A stretch of 59,146 bases of DNA, the filler included, from Basidioascus undulatus (Eukaryota), in the NCBI GenBank assembly GCA_000826855.1. It is 4 parts of 4 records of this genome, joined end to end, with 100 filler letters (N's around TTAATTAATTAA, not from the genome) between each part and the next. Parts side by side here need not be neighbours in the genome. Positions count along the whole stretch, not along the records: positions 29,910 to 39,594 come from JTLS01001220.1; positions 39,695 to 49,371 come from JTLS01001221.1; 2 more parts are not named here. One strand, written 5' to 3'. The notes beneath the pieces were generated by a model. The model saw only the letters and a program-made list of their open reading frames with translations, had not been told where the DNA came from and did no database searches. Below, piece by piece: positions 37,366 to 49,471 of this stretch (position 1 is the first letter of the stretch; each line of letters opens with the position of its first letter). Position numbers and translations under genes: made by a program.

Positions 37366-38142
37366 AGGGAAGGTGGCCGGGGACCGGAGAGGGCGTGTGG
37401 GCGGTCGGTGGTGGTTCGGGTGGTGCGGTTTTGAGAAAAGAGAAGGATTCGTGAAGGTGGGGGTCTTCCACTGCACGAGGCCGTGGAAGGGGAAAAAGGT
37501 AAGAAGGGGCAGCCTCCAAGCAGACAACCGCAGCCATATTTTTGCTTTCGGCTTTTGAGAATTCCTCCAACGCCCGAGTGGCTTGACGTCGGAGTATTGA
37601 TTGACTCCGCGACTCCTTCCCTTCAAACTCTCCTCTTTTTGACATCACATTGACTTTACAAACACCAACCAGCTTGAAGGTGGATGGTTTTTACACTGAT
37701 ACAACAGCACTGCATGCAAGCAGACCGAAGAGTTTTTCCTGAGTGGGCAGGCAGTCCCACGCAGCGTCTTCTTTTCGCTATTCCCATTTGCACGTGAGAA
37801 TGAGAATAACCCCGCTACCAACGCTCAGCGAGTTCTGAGCGTCTTCGACCGTCACACCGCACCGGCCGTGTTCTATGTTCTGGGTTCAGATGTAGAGATC
37901 CATGATCTTCACATCCTCAATACCCTCTTCCAACCACAAAAGTCTATAAAGACCCAATTGAAACCGATTGAAACTGAATGCAGTGCTCAAGGAGGTCGAA
38001 GCGGGCGCAGGGTACGCCGCCGGCCCCAGAAGGCGCAGGCGAGAACGACGTTAATTGATCAGTCGGAAGACGCCCTCCCACTCGCTCATGAGCCTTCTCT
38101 CTTCCTCTCCATCACCACCACCTCACCGTCAGCACAGAAACC

Positions 38143-39106
38143 ATGGTCTACACTATCATCGTGCGTCTCCCACATCCGACCTGCGCGGAGACGCTCACAT
38201 GGTTGTGACTTCGCAGGTCCACCTCCAGGCGAAGCCGGAGCACGTTGAGGAGTAGGGGGTTCTCCTTGGTAGCTACGCTTGGGAACGTGGCTAATGACGA
38301 GCAGTACAGGGTCAAGGCCAAGCTGACCGAGGCTGCCGCTGTGAGTTTCACTTCCTTCCTTTCCACACTACCAACGGCCCAGTTTCGCTTCCTTCCTTCC
38401 CACACTATCAACGGCCGCTGAGCAACCAAACTCCCGCAGGTGTACCGCCAGGACAAGGAGACTCTCGACTGGCACGTCATGCAGGACCCCAAGGTGCGCT
38501 TGGAATCTGGAGTGCTGTGCGGTGATCGCTGGCTGAAGAAGCGCTCGCGGAACAGGACGCGACGAAGTTCGCCATTGTCGAGCGCGTAAGTCGAGGCTCG
38601 GTGTACTTTCCTTTGAACAGCATATCTGAATAACCTTCTTATTTCAGTACGAGCAGGGTATTTCCTCTCGTTCCCTTCCAGACGCCCTGAACGTAACTGA
38701 CCTCCAATCCACTCGCGCGCAGAGTCGTCCCGTCCGTCTCCATTTCCCTCTGGCTTTCGTTTTCGGACCACCTACTGACTAATTTAACCTTTTCAGAGCA
38801 ATACCACCTCAACAACCCCGTGCGTTCTCAACGTCCCCAGAAGGAAGCATAGGCTAACTTCGCTCTCTGCGTGCGGTATCGTAGTACTGGAAGGTACACT
38901 CGCTCTCCCGACTCGATTTCTACGATCCCAGAGCGCTGAATCCTTTATTTTATTAAGACCTTTGATCCGTTCGTAGTGCCAAAATTGGCTAAGCGGATGG
39001 ACCTCACTCGCTGGGAGGAGGTGCGTAACCTGAATTGCGAGGGGGGAAGCTGCAGAGGCAGCGAGCTCAGCGAGCGACGCCGCTGACGAGCCAAATGCAG
39101 ATGTAA
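38143..39106 (+). CDS. Small ABM/dimeric alpha-beta-barrel (antibiotic-biosynthesis-monooxygenase-like) protein, 95 aa in 11 exons
   Basis: Spliced MVYTII|VHLQAKPEHVEE|VKAKLTEAAA|VYRQDKETLDWHVMQDPK|DATKFAIVER|YEQE|SSQ|QYHLNNP|YWK|TFDPFVVPKLAKRMDLTRWEE|M*. All introns are GT-AG with consistent phases; resembles a conserved small fungal ABM protein. Confidence 0.85.
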
Positions 39107-39594
39107 GCGCTCGTACGAGGCGCAATACTACCAAAAGTGGGGTTTGGAAGGAGACTATGCATTGTCTGCGCAATTGAATAACTTTCAGGTGTGGAAGTAC
39201 CTTACGTGTGTGTCCAGCGCAAGTCCTGCGTGCCGCCCAAGTGGGCATACAGCCCCGTTTGAACGCGTTTCTCCGACGCGTGAAGTCCTCTCGCCTGGCA
39301 GGGAATCAGCTAACTGGAGGTCTATACAGTATCGAAGGACTACTGAAGGTTGCATTGAAAGCATCCATGGATCGACTGCCTGTCTGCCAGGTTGCTGGAA
39401 ATGTCGTGGATGTGCATTGCACTTTGTACAACCGCTACACCCGTCAACAGCTTGATGTACCTTGATACAACAAAAATATAACAACTTCATCTAGTAATTT
39501 ACTTTTCGACAGTTCGCAGGCATGCAGTGGTGGGGCGGAGTGGAGATGACACGGACGGCGGGGGAAGCCACGCATGGCAGGGTGCACCCCGGCC

Positions 39595-39694
39595 NNNNNN
39601 NNNNNNNNNNNNNNNNNNNNNNNNNNNNNNNNNNNNNNTTAATTAATTAANNNNNNNNNNNNNNNNNNNNNNNNNNNNNNNNNNNNNNNNNNNN
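39595..39694. other. Artificial contig linker
   Basis: N run with central TTAATTAATTAA. Confidence 0.98.
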
Positions 39695-39762
39695 TTCGAA
39701 CACACGCTCCCAGAGGGAACTGCCTTAGCAGGGCAGCGCGTTAACCACTCCGCCAAAGCGCC
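39695..39762 (-). tRNA. tRNA-Ser(GCT), 3' end cut off by the contig edge
   Basis: GGCGCTT-TG-GCGGAGTGGTTAACGCG-CTGCC-CTGCTAA-GGCAG, long variable arm (TTCCCTCTGGGAGC), then GTGTG-TTCGAA and the gap. Confidence 0.9.
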
Positions 39763-41579
39763 GGCAGAAACTGTGAAACCCGTAACAATGAGAAGGTCAA
39801 GTAGGAGAAAGCGCGATGGAAGACGCCATATAGCGGTTCCGGAGCGTGTTTTAGGCATTCTGGCCGGAATACATAGCAGCAGGCATTAGGAGTGGAGGTA
39901 GACTGCGGAACCCAGGCAACAAGAGAAGACTGCCTCGGGGTAAGACGCAGCGACGGTGAAAGCCTTGGTTCCCAGCTGCACCTTGGTCTACCACTTTCCG
40001 CCTCGAATCTGCCTGATATCTGACCTGCAATAAACTGAGTAAACCATCTTCAATTGATATATGCAAGTGGTGGGAGGCTTTTGGAGAAGGCCCACACAGT
40101 CAAACCTGACGGCATGCAAGTGAAGACGTCCATTTGAAGGATCAAAGGCTGAAGCCTCGCGTCCTTCAATCAGACAAGTGCGGAGGCTGTCAGCGGAAAT
40201 AGGACGGGCCAGTTAAAATCTCGGGTTAATTCTGCCACGAATGCATACTGGGAGCTTGATGTGGGTGAGAGCATGGGGCAAGGTGACGAAGTCCATGCCG
40301 GGGCCCTGCTCTGGGGAGGCCGTTCATTGTGGGCGGTCCAGCAAACAGCTGGCTCTTTTATGCCTTGCTACCGTTTTTGCTCAAAGTACCGAAGATTATG
40401 GTGTTTTCTTCACAAGGAGACTCTCTTCGTCGCCTGATCGAGTCGTGCCACTTCGCGCGTCAGGCAGTTGAGAATGACAACCGCGCGAAGGAAAGACGCT
40501 ATGATTCATGTGTTCGAGGGTGGGACCTTTATGAAGACTTCAAAGCTCTGGAAACGGAAACTCAATCCTGTCCGGTTTCTCATCTCTGGGAACTATTTGC
40601 AGAAGAACAAGTTCTAGAAGCGACTCTACCACTACCGATTGCCACCGTGTCCCTGAAACATAACTTGTATATTACTGTGTTACCCGCTTGTTAATTCGGT
40701 CTTTCCGCCAGAAGCTCATTCGTGAGACGTGACGGAAGCTCGTATGTTGGCTGGACTGCGCGCAAGCGCCGACGGATGCGGACAACTGCGTACGCTCCTG
40801 AAACTTAGGGAGATGGCAGGTTCTCCCCAGGGCATAAATCGTCGCCAACAGATCCTTCGGGTCCATCTCTCTCCATCTCTCCATTGGAATCTCTTCTGAA
40901 GTGACGGATTAGACGCATGGGTATGGCCATACCTTGTTCAATGTACAGAGGCTGACCCCCACTTTCTCTCTCTCGCCAGATTTGATTTTGCCGCAGCCCA
41001 CCTCTTGCCCCAACCTTCCTTATGCTTTGTATCCCTACACTTCGGATCCAATGCATGACTCGATGGAAATTCACTGTTGCGCATTACGTATGCACACCAG
41101 GCCTGCCGGACCAGAAAATTAGGCCCATATACCAATGTCCAAACAGCTTCCTAACTGGGTGTCCGCTGTTGAGAGACGCTTTGAAGTAGTTACACAGATT
41201 CACCCACGGGGTCCAGGATAGAGGATAGAGCGAGCCTTCTCCGACTGCTCGTGTTCACAGGTTGATGGGTAACATTTATGAACGTTTTCAGAGTAGAAGG
41301 GTTTATGATACCGCCCAAGCAGTAAAGCTCCCAGTGATCGGCATGGGACAGTAACTCCTCGGTACCTGTGATTGTCGTCAAGGAGACTGAGACGTTCCTG
41401 CACAGTGTAAATGCGGCGCCTTTATGTGACTACCCCCCTTCCCTTTACCCTGATTCTTCACAACTTTCCCGTTTAGGTCTGTCCCATCATATCGAGTCTG
41501 TATTCTTCGTATTCTTCTGGACCTGTACGCACCTCGTTCCCATCCGAGTTACAGAGCTTCTGCTCAAGCGGTCGAATAG

Positions 41580-42157
41580 GCACCGCCCAGCAGTCCGGCG
41601 TCCTCCCCGCCACCTACGCCGGCAAGTGCGGGATCCCCAACTTTTCCAGCTCCACAGCTGCAAGTCCCCGCCCCCTCACAATGCCCTCCTTCCCTGCGCT
41701 AATCGAGCGCCGCTCCCAACCAGGACTGCACTGCCGCCCAGCGCGACACGTCGGTCGTCGTTCGGGTCCTTCCATACCCCCCTTACGTCTCGGTCATCGT
41801 CGACCCGAACGGGGACGGCGAGATGGACGTTCGCATCGGGTGATGGAGGGCCAAGGTGTGCAGGCAATGCCTCGAGCGGAGGAGTTCGACCGGTCCGGAG
41901 GTGCGCACTGCCGAATTGCCCACAGCGCTCGATTCTTTAGCTAAGTCATGGGGATGGCCGGTCTGGAGCTACTCGCCGACGGCTGCTCTGTCGTGCCCAA
42001 CCGGGACGGCTCAACGACGATGGCGGGCGACATGGACGCTGAAGAGGCTCTGGCGATACTCTCTGTGGCACCCGTGAAGGCCTATACCCCGACGGTAGCC
42101 GTCGCTCATCTGGTGTTGTGTGCGGTGGTGATGGGAACACCTGACTTTGGATGGTAA
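41580..42157 (+). pseudogene. Coding-like remnant of unknown family
   Basis: GC-rich segment with splice-like signals (..AATAG|, GCAAGT..CTAAT..CCAG, GTGCGC..TTAG) and open stretches, but the frames do not join without a stop or frameshift. Confidence 0.25.
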
Positions 42158-42661
42158 CGAAGTTCGGGAAATACTGTGCAACATGCCTTTTGCAGACGTG
42201 CACGATTGAGGGTGGTGTGTGCTGCAATCAGAAAGTATATGAGCTCTACATTGTTCCGGCATTCCATGAAGATTCAACAGCAGAGGTATTGAGGAACAAT
42301 CGCAGCTGCTGGATCAACTGGCGTCGTACAAGAGCACAACTCCAGTGTCCGAGAGACCAGTTTTACGTTCACCAAATACGGTTCATAACTTTTGCCATAT
42401 TTCTGTTTAGTATTGCCAAAAGTCTCAGAAAATTCCGATTCAGAAACGCACCTTCGATGCAGCCTCGCGGCTGCCCCACTGCTGACAGTTTGTCTTCCAA
42501 TAATCCGGTTATAAATTCAACCTGAAGTCTCAAAGTACCATATGTCCTTTCGTAAGTTTGCTTTCAGAGCGAATGACGACCATGCACCGTATTTTGACAC
42601 TGCAAGTCCTTTGGCAGCAGTAAGCTTACCTCATGTGTGTATAAGTGGATCTTCCTGCGAA

Positions 42662-42746
42662 GGGCATATGGTGTAGTGGCTTATCACGCCTTCTTAGCAT
42701 TTCTGTCGCTTGGAGGAGGTCTCCGGTTCAATTCCGGATATGTCCA
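42662..42746 (+). tRNA. tRNA-Ala(AGC) with a ~11-nt intron
   Basis: GGGCATA/TATGTCC acceptor stem with G3:U70, anticodon stem CCTTC/GGAGG, loop TTAGCA[tttctgtcgct]T, T-arm TCCGG-TTCAATT-CCGGA, followed by a T-run terminator. Confidence 0.93.
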
Positions 42747-43407
42747 TTTTTGTTTGCCACAGTGATTTCCCTTTGTCAGGGACGTATATGTATGATGAAC
42801 ACAACCCTAAATGAAACCATTATTATCTTGCAACTCGGACCACGGCGTACAGAACGACCTTGTTCCCTGAGTCAGGGAGCCACCACGTCGTTCAGATTTC
42901 TGCATTCAGCAATTCCATGATCCGCCTTGACCGGTGCTTGGGCCAATACACAGAATATAGATTGCGCACTGAAGTGAAAGAGACGACGGTCGTTAGCAAA
43001 TCGCGGATCTGTAGCACTGTAACAGTCTGAGAATGACGTACACTGAAAGCAGGCGGTCCCCAGTAGTGGTATGACCAAGAGCATCCGCTTGCATCTTGCG
43101 TGGCCTCGTACAGCGTGCAGGTCTTCACCCTCGTGTCCTCTACACAGAAGAAGAGGGCAGGCAAAAAAACCATGCGTATGGAAGACACCTTCGGCTTCGT
43201 CCTTCCGACCGCAGTATTGAAAGCTTCTACCAGCCTTTGAGCAGGCGGCATTGGATATTCACATGCAGCAAGCTCGCATGAAAGTAAAGTTGCGGCCCGC
43301 GGCAACGCCGTTCTGTCCCTCCGCTTTGCTGAATCCCTTGCGCGGCGTTGCCTATTGCGCCCATCCTCCCTACCCCCATCGCCCGCTGATTGTACGAATC
43401 GACCTCT

Positions 43408-44184
43408 ATGCCCCCCAAAATCAAGCCCACCTCATTCTCCTGGGCCAATGGCGTCTGCGGAGCACAGCGCGGTGCCTCCTCCGACTCGCGGTCCGAAGCA
43501 TCGCCTGTGCGGTGCACTTGTCGCTGTCAGTCAACAGCATTCAACTTATGGGAGTTTTTCAGTCAGATATTGCTCGAAGGAGTGCCAGCGCGCGCACTGG
43601 AAGTGGCACCAGAACGTGTGCGGCCACAACAACGCCTTCGACGCAGCGCGCGAGCACGCAGCGATCCTCCCCGTCGTCAACGCTCTCCAGGTGTGGTACC
43701 TCGAGCATGCCGAGGCCGTCGGTGTCATGCTCTTACTCGCTCTGGGGCTGCACCGGGACCGCTCCAATCACCTCAAGGATGCGGTCTGGGTGATGCTGCG
43801 TCCTGGCAGTCTCGTCCCGCTGCGCTTCGACCCGATCGAAGGGATGGTACTGCCTCTGGCCGAAGCGAAGGCCCGCTTGCCTTAGGCATGGTCACCTCGA
43901 CAACTCCAGACGCATCATATGTCTTTCAGCTAACATTGTGTGGCGAGAACACGGGACTGACCAGGTGCACGATGGCAAACCTGTATCCGGGTGCGAGACT
44001 GCCGGCAATGGCGTCAATCATTCTCGAAGCTGACGGGATACTAACACCTATCTCACTCCATGTGCCACCGGAGGAACAACTCGTAGCCCTCGGGGAAGTA
44101 TTTGGCTGGCTGAACTGGAAGGGAACTGCTCTGCGAGGGCACGGTGAGGAGATCCTACTGCAGAGGTCTGCGTTCGTGTGGTAG
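43408..44184 (+). pseudogene. zf-MYND protein, copy 1 (frameshifted)
   Basis: ..PKHRLCG..|RYCSKECQRAHWKWHQNVC..LPVVNALQVW..LALGLHRDRSNHLKDAVWV. The N-terminal CxxC region and the C-terminal half lie in different frames. Confidence 0.7.
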
Positions 44185-44517
44185 TTACTATCTTCGGCAG
44201 TCTTGGTCGGTAGATACACAGAATTTTACATTGTTCTTAGGTTCTTTCACCGCGAAAGTTTGAGAACGTGTCGAGGCATGTAAAAAGGACTAAGGTAAGC
44301 AAGTATGAAATCTATGCGCACGAAACGCAACTTCCATAGGGTCGTCATCGTACTTCAGGCCGAAGTCCAGAAAGTTCTGTAAAACCTGCATGAGAGATGA
44401 ACTTCTGCCCGCCGCTCCGCCGTTCTGTCAGTCAGCTCTGCTGATGCGCCGGCGCCGTCGTTTCCTCCTGCGTCCATCCTCGCCTCGTCGCCCACTGAAT
44501 CCACGACTCCAACCACC

Positions 44518-45298
44518 ATGCAGCCCAACGCCAAGGTCATTTCCTACTCTCGGGCTATGTACGTCTGCCCGAACTGCGGGTCGTCGTCGCAGGAGGCCGA
44601 AGCATCGCATGTGCGGTCGCTGCAAAGAAGGCAAGCCTCATCGCTGCTGCCTTGGTCCCCTCCCAGGCCTCCCAGCTTATCTGTCATTTTCAGTGCTTTA
44701 CTGCTCGAAGGAGTGTCAGCGCCAGTCCTGGCGCTGGCATAAGGACCAGTGCGCCACGAGAGCGCCTTAGACGCGGCGCCTGAGCACGCCGCGGTCCTCC
44801 CCCTCGTCAACGCCCTCCAGGCGTGGTCCGTACGCCACGGCGAGATATTCAGCTTTCCTCCTGGCGCTCGACCTCCACAGGAACCGCTCGAACTGGATGC
44901 AGGAGGCCGTCTGGGTCACAGTCCGCCCCGTCAGCCTCGACCCCCCGCGATTCCACCCCATCGCCCGCGCTGTTGTGTCTCTCGCCGCTTGAAGGCCGAA
45001 CTGGCAGAGTCTTGGTCATTGCAGTCTAGAGAACACGCCTCGGCACCGTAGGCTTTGAAGCTGGGATCCCCCTACCGGGAACGTCGACTTACTCGTCCTC
45101 TTGACCAGACCTGGGCCCGGGTGAGGGAGACCCGGAAACGGCGACGTTCATCCTGCAGGCTGGGCATGCGGTGACGTCCATCTCACTTTGTGTACCATCG
45201 CCAGAGGTTCTCGCAGTCATGTGGGAGTCGTTCCGGGAGTGGGACTGGTACTACGTTTTCTGCGTGGGCACGGTTGGTCGTGTGAGGCTGCGGGTTGA
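44518..45298 (+). pseudogene. zf-MYND protein, copy 2 (frameshifted tandem paralog)
   Basis: YVCPNCGSS / PKHRMCGRCKE|VLYCSKECQRQSWRWHKDQC / ALDAAPEHAAVLPLVNALQAW / LLALDLHRNRSNWMQEAVWV; several frame changes are needed. The end is approximate. Confidence 0.7.
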
Positions 45299-45754
45299 TT
45301 GATTACCGCCTGCAAATACACAATCCATGCATTGTTTCGGTGAACAACGAAGCAGAAAACACATGAAGAGATTACAGAATCTCGAAATTGCTCGAAACGG
45401 CCTGTGCAAAGCAGCCTAGTCGCCTGTGCATGCCGAGAACCCCCAAAGCGCAAGTTTTCTTCCGCACTGCCTGAACAGCGACAAAAAGCCGACCAACGTT
45501 CATCTTCGTGTTTACCGCATCGATGCGCGAGGTAGAGAATGCTTGGAAAGTGACCGCGAACTTGCAAAGCCTCGACTGACCAAGTTGTAGCAGCGTCAAG
45601 GCACCAGCGCTCTCCATCCAGCGTATCCCCTCTAAGCGCCCCGAGGCGCATCAATAACCTCTGAAACAACGCGCAATGCGCACGCGTACTACAACAGAAC
45701 CTCTCCCTCAGAGCCCTACCCACCCCTACCTACTGCATACCCTCTTCCGCCGCT

Positions 45755-48700
45755 TCACCGCCTCTTCCCCTCCCTCTCCCCCCCCGGGCTCTCCCCCGCC
45801 TTGCGCTTCCCAAACCCAATCTGGATCTTCTGCCCCAGCGCGCCCACACCAGCGGGGGACTCGGTCCCGCTGACGCTCCCGGCCGCAGAGACAGGCGCGA
45901 ACGCGGGCTTCATCGCGGGCGCGGAGGGCGCGGGCGAGCCCGAGACGGAGCGGGAGGCGAGGACGGGGAGGACGTCGGGCGTCCCCGCGGAGGGCGCGGG
46001 AGAAAAGTCGCGTGTGACCGAGCCGGTCCGGCCGCGCGAGGTGGACGCCACGGCGCCGCCGTCTTTGCGGGAAGACTTCTTCTCGAGCCCCGCGGAGGCG
46101 TCGAAGAAGGTGTCGTCTTGCGGTGCGGCGCTGTGGGGGAGAAAGGAAGGAGTGGGGTCAGCAAGGCGAACGGAGGTGCGGAGGAAGACGGTGAGGAGAA
46201 TGGGGAGGAGGGGAAGGAGGGGAGGCGAGGAGGATGGGAGATGGGGAGGAAGAGGGAGAAACGGCGAAGACGGAGAGAACGGCGAATATGGAGAGGATGG
46301 AAGATGGGGAGGATACGGAGAAGGATGGGGAAGACGGGAAGGAGGGCGGGGGAGATGGAGGATGCGAAACGACGTACCCTCTGTTCCCGACCGACAGCAC
46401 AAAGTGTGCCGAGCCCGTCGCCTCCTGCCTGCTCTTGAAAGCCGAGGCCATATCTACCCGCCGCACCCCACGCTCCCCAATCAGCCTCAGCCTCTCCCCT
46501 TCCCCCAAAACCAAATCAACCTACTCAACGGCGTATCCCCACTGGCCATAGCCAAGCGCTTCATCTCCTCCTCCCTGCGCTTCATCATCTTCTCCCTCTT
46601 CCCAATGCCCGGCGCCTTCCCATGGAACTTGTAGTTCAGGTACTTCCACGCCTCCTTGGTGCTCTGCTTCCGCCCGTGCTCGTCGTAGTACGCAATCTCC
46701 ACGTCGGGGCGGTACGCGCGCTCGAACGCCTCCTTGTCCTCCTGCGCCGCGCGCTGCTCCCGCACCCGGTTCTCGTGCTCCCGCACCATCTGCGGCGCGT
46801 CCGCCGCGCGCAGCGCGGCGCGCTCGGACTCCCGAAGGAGCTCGCGCCGGCGCTGCTCGGCGATGAACGCGTCCCGCTTGCGCTGGACCGCCTCGCGCTC
46901 GAGCTGCTCTGGCGTGGGCGCGAGCAGCGCGCCTTGCTGTCGGAGGATGTTGAGCGTCCCGGCGAGGCCGCGCCCCACCGTCGGCTCGGGGGTCTGGTAT
47001 CGGCGCTCAGCCACTTCAGCACAACCTTCCACTACCTCCTCCGCAACACCACCCTCCCGAGAAATAAACGACTCACGAAAGCCTTCTCCTTCCCATCGAC
47101 CTTCGGCTTCACCTCCGCCTCCTCGCCCATCATGACCTCCCCCTCTTCCTCTTCATCCTCCACAGTCGCCCCACCGCGGGCAAGGACCGACTCGTCCAGC
47201 TCGCCAATCGCGACGTCCTCCGGCTCCTTCTTCACGACCACGCTCGCCGCCCCGGGCACCTCGGGCTTGGCCTCCGTGGCCTGCTCGCGCTTCACCGCCG
47301 GCGCGGCGGCGGGCGCGGGGGCGAGCGCAATGTTGCGGATGAACTCGGACGTGTCGTCGAACTCCAGTCCGCCGTCGCCCGCGAGCGCGGGCTCGGGCGT
47401 CGCGGTAGCGGCAGCGGCGGCTTCTTCTTCCTGCTGCTGGGCGACTGCGAACGCCAACCCATCCATCAGTCTTTGCCCCTGCAGCAGCCGAAATCGAAGA
47501 GAGGGACGCACGCATAGCAGCCAGCTCCTCCGGTGTACGCTTCTTCATCTTCTTCGCCTTCGCCCTCCGCTGCTTGGCCAGCGCGCTCTGGAGCTCGTCG
47601 TCGTCCACAAAGTTTGCCTCGTCGAAGTTGATCTTCGGGCGCTGCTGCGGGGCAGGCTCGTCCACCGCCATGGCGTCGTCGGCGGCGGGCGCGGGGGCGA
47701 GGACGTCGTCCGGGTCGGCCTCGGCCTTGCGCGTCGAGCGCTTCTTCTTCTTCTTGGGCTTCTTGAACCCGACGTCTTCTTGGAGGTAGTCCGAGATCTC
47801 CTGGTTCTCTGTGGGAGGCGGCGAGGTTCGTAAGCATCCTGGACAGGGGCTGATGGGCGCGCGGTCGGGAGGTGGGCGGGAGACGTACTGATATAGTCCA
47901 GATCCAACAGCGTCTTGTTCACCTTGGCCGCCTCCTCAGCGTGCACCTCCCAGCCGGTCTTCTTCGGCGCCGGGGCCCCACCGCCAAGCCGGAAGCCCTG
48001 TCCCACGCCCCTCGCACGTCAGCCACCCACCTCGTCCTCGTACACAATCGCGGAGAAGGAAAAGGGAATACGCACCGTCTCCTGCGACCCGCCCAGCTCC
48101 TCGTCGTACTTGTTCAGCACGCCGCGCTTGCGGGGCGCGCCGTCGGGGCCAAACTCGTCGTCGTCGTAGCCCGTGTACGCCTTGGCGCCCTTCTTGCGGA
48201 TCGTGTTCGCCTCGAGCTTCTCGTCCTCGGCCATGTCGATGTTCTGGAGCTCGTCGTCTGCGGAGAGGTCATGTGGGGTGAGGTGGGGTGGAGTGGAAGG
48301 AGAGAAGGGAAGACGCCAACGCACCTTCGCCATCGAGGATCCGCGTGTCCTTCAGCGTCAGGATGCGCTCTTCGCCATCCTCGAACGCCTCCAGATCATG
48401 CGAGACCTTGAGGCCCTTAAGATCCTCTGCCGCAACGCACCCTGATCAGCCTCCATCCATCCTTCGCCACCGCGTCAAATCTAAGGTGGAACACGCACTC
48501 TCGCCATACTCCTCCCGCGCGAGCAGCAGCCGATCCTGCTCCTTCTCCTGCTCCGCGCGGCGCTCCGCGGCCTGCTTCTGACGCTTCTTGAGCTTCTTGG
48601 CCCACGCGCGCGCGTCGTCGTCGCCCTCGTCCTCGCCGAGCGTCTTGCCCTTCAGCCGCCGCGCGAGCTCGCGCTTGTTACTGGCCCTGCGGAGTGAAGC

Positions 48701-49175
48701 GGAGGCGCAGCACCCGGGCGTGAGCATCCGCATCGTCTGTGAGGGGGAGAGAGTAGAAGTATCCCAGGGGACAGGGCAGGAGCGAGATGGGGGAAAGACG
48801 TACTTTGCGATCCGCTCGCGCGCTGCGGCGTTCTCCGCGTCTTTCCGCTCTTGCTCACGCCGCGCAGCGTAGTTCTCTTCGGCGAGCTGATCGGAGGACT
48901 GGGGGAGGGGGAGAGAAACGTCAGTGTGTCCTGTCCGCCCCATCGACACTCGAAGCAGCAAGTGCACACACACCTTCTCCACCTCAGCCCCGCCCTCTCC
49001 CGCATTCTCCGGTTCAGTTGCAAGAGGCTACCACACCGAATCACGCACGTCAGTCCCACCTGCGTTGAAGTAAGGAAGGGAAGGTGTGGGGAAGGCAAGA
49101 GCGCACCTTGAGCCCGAGACTGATACGGAGCTTGTTGGTCTCCTCGAGGGAGAGCGACGCGGCCTCGGCGGACAT
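45755..49175 (-). CDS. SNU66: U4/U6.U5 tri-snRNP protein Snu66/SART1, multi-exon
   Basis: N-terminal HIND motif SLSLEETNKLRISLGLK; ILTLKDTRIL; YTGYDDDEF; FVDDDELQSALAKQRR; GGLEFDDTSEFIRNI; YRPDVEIAYYDEHGR..KEAWKYLNYKFHGKAPGIGK. Confidence 0.93.
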
Positions 49176-49371
49176 GGCGGGCGAGAACGTGGGCCGCTGG
49201 ACGGTTCAGAGACGCTTTTCGTGCGGTGTACAGTGTGCGGTGTGCGAGCGTGTGCGGCGGTGGTGAGCTGGGAGATAGCGAGCGAGCTGTGGCGCAGCGA
49301 GAGATGATGGCGGTGAGAGGCAAGCAGCGGTGAGCTCGGCGCGTGCGGACTTCAGTCATTTCGATCTTGCC

Positions 49372-49471
49372 NNNNNNNNNNNNNNNNNNNNNNNNNNNNN
49401 NNNNNNNNNNNNNNNTTAATTAATTAANNNNNNNNNNNNNNNNNNNNNNNNNNNNNNNNNNNNNNNNNNNN
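49372..49471. other. Artificial contig linker
   Basis: N run with central TTAATTAATTAA. Confidence 0.98.

Noticed and set aside
42700..42710. Intron in tRNA-Ala(AGC)
   Set aside because: Canonical position 37/38; short tRNA introns are common in basidiomycetes.
29810..49471. Three identical TTAATTAATTAA motifs within N runs, and gene adjacency across them
   Set aside because: These are artificial six-frame-stop linkers. The last three segments are ~9685, 9677 and 9675 bp, consistent with length-sorted concatenation, so there is no biological linkage.
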